DNA of 64,000 nt from Gemmatimonadales bacterium (GTDB lineage: Bacteria; Gemmatimonadota; Gemmatimonadetes; Gemmatimonadales; GWC2-71-9), in assembly GCA_038321865.1 (NCBI GenBank), contig JBBQFH010000002.1, forward strand, positions 1-64,000, given 5' to 3'. The position numbers and the translations under genes were made by a program. Shown piece after piece: positions 59,152-64,000 of the stretch. The notes under the pieces are model-generated. The model was not told where the DNA came from, searched no databases, and saw only the letters and a program-made list of their open reading frames with translations. Position 1 is the first letter of the stretch. Every line of letters begins with the position of its first letter.

Positions 59152-62100
59152 TTAGGGTGCGACCGGCGACCGGCCGTCATCGAAGCGACGTACTCCCACC
59201 ACCATCTGCACTCCGTCGAGCTCCAGCGTCTGCTCCAGATCGGGGCTCGGCGCGCGGGCGCCGAGGTGAATCTCGCGGGCCAGCACTTCGTCGCGGAGAA
59301 AGTTCTCGAATCCGCGGGCGGCGTCAAGCGCCGAGGGATCGCCGTCGACCCAGAGACCGATACGCGTGGTGAATTCGTATCCGGCCTCCTTGCGGAGCCG
59401 CTGCACCCGGCTGACCAGCTCCCGCACCAGTCCCTCCGCCCGAAGGCCGGCATCGAGGGCGGGATCGAGAGCGACGACGAAGGGACCGGCGCTCTGGACG
59501 ATCCATTCGCTGGTGACCTCGCGCTCGACCACGAGATCCTCCGGCAGGATTGTCAGCTCGTCGTCCCCCAGGCGCAGCTGCACCGGCTCGCCGCCTTCGA
59601 GTACGCGCAGCTGCGCCGGCGAAAGCCCGGCGCACGCCGCCGCGACGTCGGGTGTGCGCTTGCCGAACCGCTTCCCGAGCGAACGAAAGTTCGCCTTGCC
59701 CCGAAGCCGCACGAGGTCGGTATCCGACTGTGCGACCTCGATCGATCGCACGTTCACCTCCGAGCGGAGCAGCTCGAGCAGCTGATCGAACGCCGGACCC
59801 CGGACCGCCGCGGGCACGGCGACCTGCATTCGCGCGAGCGGCTGCCGGACCTTGAGTCTGGCCTCCTCACGTGCGGCGCGCGCGAGCGAGGCGAGGCGTC
59901 GCACCGCATCCATGGCAAGTTCCAGCGAGATCTCGCGCTCGGCGCCAGCCACGGGAAACAGCGCCAGGTGGACGGAGGTTCCCGCGATGGCCCGATGCAG
60001 CCAGTCACTCGCGAACGGTGCCGCCGGCGCCAGCAGCCGGCTGACGGTGAGCAGCGCGGTACGGAGCGTGAGGAGCGCCGCCGGGTCGGCGTCGCGGTCA
60101 GGCGCCCAGAATCGAGCCCGGTTGGTGCGAACATACCAGTTGGACAGGTCGTCCACCACGAAGTCCATCAGTGCCCGCGCCCCGGTCGTCACGTCGTACC
60201 CGTTCCAGGCGGTCACCACGGCATCGACCGTGGCCTGCAGGCGGCTCGCCACCCACCGGTCGGCCGGCGTCGCGTCCGGCGGCTCGACAGGTTCCGCGAC
60301 CCCCTCGGCGTAGCGACGGTAGAACTCGTAGGTATTTCGCAGGGTATTGAAGAAGCCGCCCGCGACCTCGGGAATGGTGCGCCGATCGAAACGCTTCGGC
60401 AGCCAGACCTGGCTCGACGCGACCAGGTAGAGGCGGATCGTGTCGGCGCCGAACTCGCTGATCGCGTCCCATGGGTTGACGACGTTGCCCCGGCTCTTCG
60501 ACATCTTGAGCCCGTCGGCATCCAGCACCAGCTCGTTCACGATGACATGCCGGTATGCCAGCGTATCGAACGCCGCCGTGCCGATGGCGAGCAGCGAGTA
60601 GAACCATCCCCGCGTCTGGTCGATCCCCTCGCAGATGTAATCAGCCGGAAAGTGCGCGGCGAACTCGTCCTCGTGTTCGAATGGATAGTGCCACTGCGCG
60701 TAGGGCATCGAGCCCGAATCGAACCAGGTGTCGATGACCTCCGGCGTCCGTCGCATCCGCCCGCCGCAGGCACAGGCCCAGTCGTAACCGTCGATGAACG
60801 GCTTGTGCGGATCGAAACCCTCCGGCAGCGCCTGCCCCCACCGCTCGGCGAGCTGGCCGTAACTCCCGACGACCTCGACGTGCGTGGCATCGCGGTCGCA
60901 TACCCACACCGGCAATGGCGTGCCCCAGTAGCGATCGCGGGACAACGCCCAGTCGACGTTGTTCTCCAGCCACGCGCCGAAGCGGCCGGGCCCGACCTCG
61001 GGCGGATGCCAGTCCACCTGCGCGTTCAGCTCCAGCATGCGCTGCTTGAGCGCCGACGTCCGCACGAACCAGGAGTCGCGGGCGTAGTAGATCAGCGGGC
61101 GCGAGCAGCGCCAGCAATGCGGGTAGCTGTGGGTATAGGGGACCGTGAGATGCCAGCGGCCATCATCCTTCAGGCGGCGGATGATGAGGTCGTTGGTCTC
61201 CCGCGCGGTGACCAGCCTGCCCTCCAGCTCGGGCCACTCGAGCCCCACGAACGTGCCGTCGCCGGCGACCGGCCGCAGCAGCGCGAGCGAATGCTCCTGG
61301 CCTGCCGCGTAGTCGTCCGCACCGAATGCCGGGGCCATGTGCACAATCCCCGAGCCGTCATCGGCGGTGACGAAGGTACCTGGGATCACCACGCGGGACA
61401 CGGCATCGACGGGCAGCGGCACGACCTCGAACGGCCGCTCGTACCGAAGCCCGACCAGCTCGCGGCCCGAAAAGGTGCGGACCGGCCCGACATCGGCGAA
61501 GGTCCCCGCGCCCTTCTGCCCGGAGCTCGGCAGCGCCGCCCGGGCGGTGGCCAGGACCAGCCGGCGCTCGCCGATCAGGTATTCGCCATACTCCAGGTCA
61601 GGGTTGATCGCGAGCGCCACATTCGACAGCAGCGTCCAGGGTGTGGTGGTCCACACCAGCAGCTCGCGTCCGGACCCGTCGGCCAGCGGGAACGTGAGGT
61701 ACACCGAATTCGTCGTAACCGTCTCATAGCCCTGAGCCAGCTCGTGGCTCGACAGAACGGTGCCGCACCGAGGGCAGTACGGAAGCACGCGATGACCCCG
61801 ATAGAGCAGGTCCCGCTCCCGCAGCCGGCGGAGCAGCCACCAGACGGACTCCACGTAGTCATTGCTGTAGGTGACGTACGGATGCTCGTAGTCGAGCCAG
61901 TAGCCGATGCGGTCGCTGAGGTTCTCCCACTCCTCCTGGTATCGGAAGACGCTCTTCCGGGCACGCGCATTGAACTCGGCGACACCAAAACGCTCGATGT
62001 CCCGCTTCCCGCCGACGAGCTTCAACTCCTTCTCGACTTCGATTTCGACGGGCAGGCCGTGCGTATCCCACCCGGCGATGCGGGTCACCGACCGGCCCTG

Positions 62101-62322
62101 CATGGCGCGAAAGCGGCAGATCAGGTCCTTGATCGTGCGCGAGAAGACGTGATGAATGCCCGGCCGGCCGTTCGCGGTCGGCGGCCCCTCATAGAACACG
62201 AACGGCTCGCCGCCGCGCGTGGCCTCGAGCGTCCGCCGGAACAGGCCTTCCGATTTCCAGAGCGCGAGCTGCTGCTGCTCCAGCTCGTCGGCGGAAAGAT
62301 CGGGCCAGGGACTGAACGGCAT
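59152..62322 (-). CDS. ileS: Isoleucine--tRNA ligase, type 2
   Basis: YEGPPTANG.PGIHH, GWDTHGLP, WTTTPWTL, WALSRDRYWGTP, DQTRGWF, KMSKS, IleRS2-type C-terminus without the IleRS1 Zn finger. Confidence 0.96.
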   Translation of the reverse strand: MPFSPWPDLSADELEQQQLALWKSEGLFRRTLEATRGGEPFVFYEGPPTANGRPGIHHVFSRTIKDLICRFRAMQGRSVTRIAGWDTHGLPVEIEVEKELKLVGGKRDIERFGVAEFNARARKSVFRYQEEWENLSDRIGYWLDYEHPYVTYSNDYVESVWWLLRRLRERDLLYRGHRVLPYCPRCGTVLSSHELAQGYETVTTNSVYLTFPLADGSGRELLVWTTTPWTLLSNVALAINPDLEYGEYLIGERRLVLATARAALPSSGQKGAGTFADVGPVRTFSGRELVGLRYERPFEVVPLPVDAVSRVVIPGTFVTADDGSGIVHMAPAFGADDYAAGQEHSLALLRPVAGDGTFVGLEWPELEGRLVTARETNDLIIRRLKDDGRWHLTVPYTHSYPHCWRCSRPLIYYARDSWFVRTSALKQRMLELNAQVDWHPPEVGPGRFGAWLENNVDWALSRDRYWGTPLPVWVCDRDATHVEVVGSYGQLAERWGQALPEGFDPHKPFIDGYDWACACGGRMRRTPEVIDTWFDSGSMPYAQWHYPFEHEDEFAAHFPADYICEGIDQTRGWFYSLLAIGTAAFDTLAYRHVIVNELVLDADGLKMSKSRGNVVNPWDAISEFGADTIRLYLVASSQVWLPKRFDRRTIPEVAGGFFNTLRNTYEFYRRYAEGVAEPVEPPDATPADRWVASRLQATVDAVVTAWNGYDVTTGARALMDFVVDDLSNWYVRTNRARFWAPDRDADPAALLTLRTALLTVSRLLAPAAPFASDWLHRAIAGTSVHLALFPVAGAEREISLELAMDAVRRLASLARAAREEARLKVRQPLARMQVAVPAAVRGPAFDQLLELLRSEVNVRSIEVAQSDTDLVRLRGKANFRSLGKRFGKRTPDVAAACAGLSPAQLRVLEGGEPVQLRLGDDELTILPEDLVVEREVTSEWIVQSAGPFVVALDPALDAGLRAEGLVRELVSRVQRLRKEAGYEFTTRIGLWVDGDPSALDAARGFENFLRDEVLAREIHLGARAPSPDLEQTLELDGVQMVVGVRRFDDGRSPVAP

Positions 62323-62329
62323 CAGCGCG

Positions 62330-63049
62330 TCAACTCCGGCTTCCGGATGGAATGATTGGCTCACCCCCGGTCCGCTCGCCGAACAGCGACGTGCCGAGGC
62401 GCAGCATGGTGGCACCCTCCTCCACGGCCGCCGGGAAATCCCCGGACATCCCCATGGACAGCTCCGGCAGTTGAACGCCGTGCGCTTCGGCGCGGTCCCG
62501 CAGCCCTCGCAGGCTGGCGAAGGTGCGGCGCTGAAGCGCCTCGTCGGCATCGTAGGCCGCCATCGTCATCAGCCCCTGCACCTCGAGTCGATCCAGCGGA
62601 CCGAGTGCATCGAGAAGCCGGAGAAGATCGCCCGGCTCGACCCCGCCCTTCTGCGGCTCGGCCGAGCAGTTGACCTGCACCAGAACCGGCTGCCGGGTAC
62701 CTGCCGGGCACCGCCGCTGGAGTTCGACGGCCAGCTCGATACGGTCAACCGACTGGATGAGGGCGAACACCCCGACTATCTGCCGGACCTTGTTGCGCTG
62801 CAGTCCGCCCACCAGATGCCAGCGCATCGCGGCGTCCGCGGAATGCGCCAGCTTCGGCAGCGCCTCCTGGACGCGGTTTTCCCCGACGTCGGTCAGGCCG
62901 ACCCGCGCGGCCGCTCGCACCGCGTCGGCCCCATGCGTCTTGGTGATCGCGACGATTCGGACGGCGTGGCCCAGCCCGGACCGGTGCTGTCGGTCGGCGA
63001 CAGTCTCACGCACCTTCGCAAGTCGCTCCGCCAGCTCCGGGAAATCCAT
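62330..63049 (-). CDS. yggS: PLP homeostasis protein YggS/PLPBP
   Basis: VAITK, GENRVQE, LQRNK, GLMTM, LSMGMSGDF, RLGTSLFG. Confidence 0.95.
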   Translation of the reverse strand: MDFPELAERLAKVRETVADRQHRSGLGHAVRIVAITKTHGADAVRAAARVGLTDVGENRVQEALPKLAHSADAAMRWHLVGGLQRNKVRQIVGVFALIQSVDRIELAVELQRRCPAGTRQPVLVQVNCSAEPQKGGVEPGDLLRLLDALGPLDRLEVQGLMTMAAYDADEALQRRTFASLRGLRDRAEAHGVQLPELSMGMSGDFPAAVEEGATMLRLGTSLFGERTGGEPIIPSGSRS

Positions 63050-63096
63050 AGCCCTCAAATTTATCCGGGCGCGAGGCCGAACGGGAGCCGCGACGG

Positions 63097-64000
63097 CTAC
63101 CGGGACGGGAGCGCCGGGACCGGCGCGATCGGGAATCGGCCCTGCCGCATGGCATCGAGCGCCGCCTGCAGCGCCGGATTCGGCCGCAGCGCCAGCGAGC
63201 GCGCGAGGTTCCGGACAACCTCAGCGGTATCGCCGTGAGCCTCTGCCTCGGCCGCCAGCTGCCCGAATGGGGCCGCCAGGCTGGCCGCGATCGAAGCGGC
63301 CGTGCTTTCGAGCTCGCGCGCGGGTCCATTGTCGAGGCCCGAGTAGCGGTACGTCTCCCAGAGGAGGCGCCGCGTCGCGGGCACGTCCATGGCGGGACCG
63401 CCGAATGACCCCGGGACGACGCCCGGTGCCGTCGTATCGGGGCGGGCAGTGAGCTGCGTGAAGCCGATACCGCGCTGCAGTACATAGTCGCCGAGGCCGC
63501 CGAAATCGCGCCCGGTGGTGGCCGCCCAGACGATCGGACGCCGGGTCAGGTTCTGCTGCACGATGCGGATCGCGGCGATCTGGTTCGGCTCGAGGAAGGT
63601 GTTGGGAGGATAGGTGTGGCTGAACGGACCGAAGTTGACCGTGAATCCTGGCCGCCCGAGCGCCACGATGGTGGACGGGTCGAACGCTGCTGCAATCTGT
63701 TCGTCGGTCATGGAATGCAGCGGACCGCTCGGCTTCACCGGATGAAGTCCGCGCCAGATCGCCGGGGCACGAGCCTCGTCGAACTGGCGGATCGGCGCCT
63801 CGCGCAGCTGCCGGAGGTACCAGTCGGTGTTGGCGAGTGCCAGGCACACGACCGTTACGTCCTGCCGGACCCCTTCCGCTTCCTGCGCCCACCACACCGG
63901 AAAGGTGTCGTTGTCGCCGTAGAGGAACAGCACGCCGTACGGCGGCACCGAGTTGAGCAGATCGTAGGCGAAGTCGGCTGCCAGCCGCGCGTCAGGGCCC
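63097..64000 (-). CDS. DUF2723-family membrane protein, C-terminal part (runs off the window end)
   Basis: Frame is open to the window edge: FAYDLLNSVPPYGVLFLYGDNDTFPVWWAQEAEGVRQDV...LANTDWY. Confidence 0.75.
   Translation of the reverse strand, partial: GPDARLAADFAYDLLNSVPPYGVLFLYGDNDTFPVWWAQEAEGVRQDVTVVCLALANTDWYLRQLREAPIRQFDEARAPAIWRGLHPVKPSGPLHSMTDEQIAAAFDPSTIVALGRPGFTVNFGPFSHTYPPNTFLEPNQIAAIRIVQQNLTRRPIVWAATTGRDFGGLGDYVLQRGIGFTQLTARPDTTAPGVVPGSFGGPAMDVPATRRLLWETYRYSGLDNGPARELESTAASIAASLAAPFGQLAAEAEAHGDTAEVVRNLARSLALRPNPALQAALDAMRQGRFPIAPVPALPSR

Noticed and set aside
40096..62550. Apparent long N-terminal extensions or fusions in the ORF track (e.g. 40096-41646, 48430-49845, 59152-62550)
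   Set aside because: The extensions overlap the upstream gene in another frame; internal start codons with stop/start coupling explain the real genes.
223..63485. Many long plus-strand ORFs in the track (e.g. 59077-62355, 51272-54085, 46013-48013, 26293-28425)
   Set aside because: They are antisense shadows of recognisable minus-strand genes, expected in high-GC DNA, and contain no family motifs.
1..64000. CRISPR arrays, IS elements, prophage genes, defence systems and riboswitches
   Set aside because: None seen; intergenic gaps are very short and I found no repeat-spacer pattern or transposase/integrase motif by eye.

Overview
A GC-rich chromosomal window in which almost every gene is on the minus strand. 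The gene content looks like Gemmatimonadota, which is my inference and not a database result. I found no mobile elements, CRISPR arrays or rRNA genes. Left part: fmdB-like fragment, methylmalonyl-CoA mutase large subunit, fbp, comEC, comFB, miaB, an outer-membrane barrel/lipoprotein pair, cdd, deoB, alr, mazG, asnS, a beta-propeller lipoprotein, recG, ftsY, a vWA membrane protein and an M23 peptidase. Middle: a dcw cluster (rsmH-ftsL-ftsI-murE-murF-mraY-murD-ftsW-murG-murC-ftsQ-ftsA-ftsZ) that lacks mraZ, murB and ddl and is preceded by tRNA-Asp, a TPR gene and tRNA-Val. Right end: rluD, lspA, dksA-like, ileS (type 2 with a GIHH motif), yggS and a DUF2723 fragment. The stand-out region is a tightly coupled operon of about 17 kb and 18-19 genes (about 39.2-57.3 kb). 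It splits a receptor-less Dif/F1-like chemosensory system (cheW-cheY-cheA-cheC ... cheR-cheD-cheB-cheW-cheW) around an MglA GTPase with three Roadblock proteins, two DUF4388/PATAN-TPR proteins carrying MshEN-type c-di-GMP motifs, large TPR proteins, and a protein built from two tandem DnaA-type AAA+ ATPase modules with no DNA-binding domain IV. This is the best candidate for an undescribed signalling/polarity system. Start codons were re-picked by eye, and all family calls come from motif recognition rather than searches.
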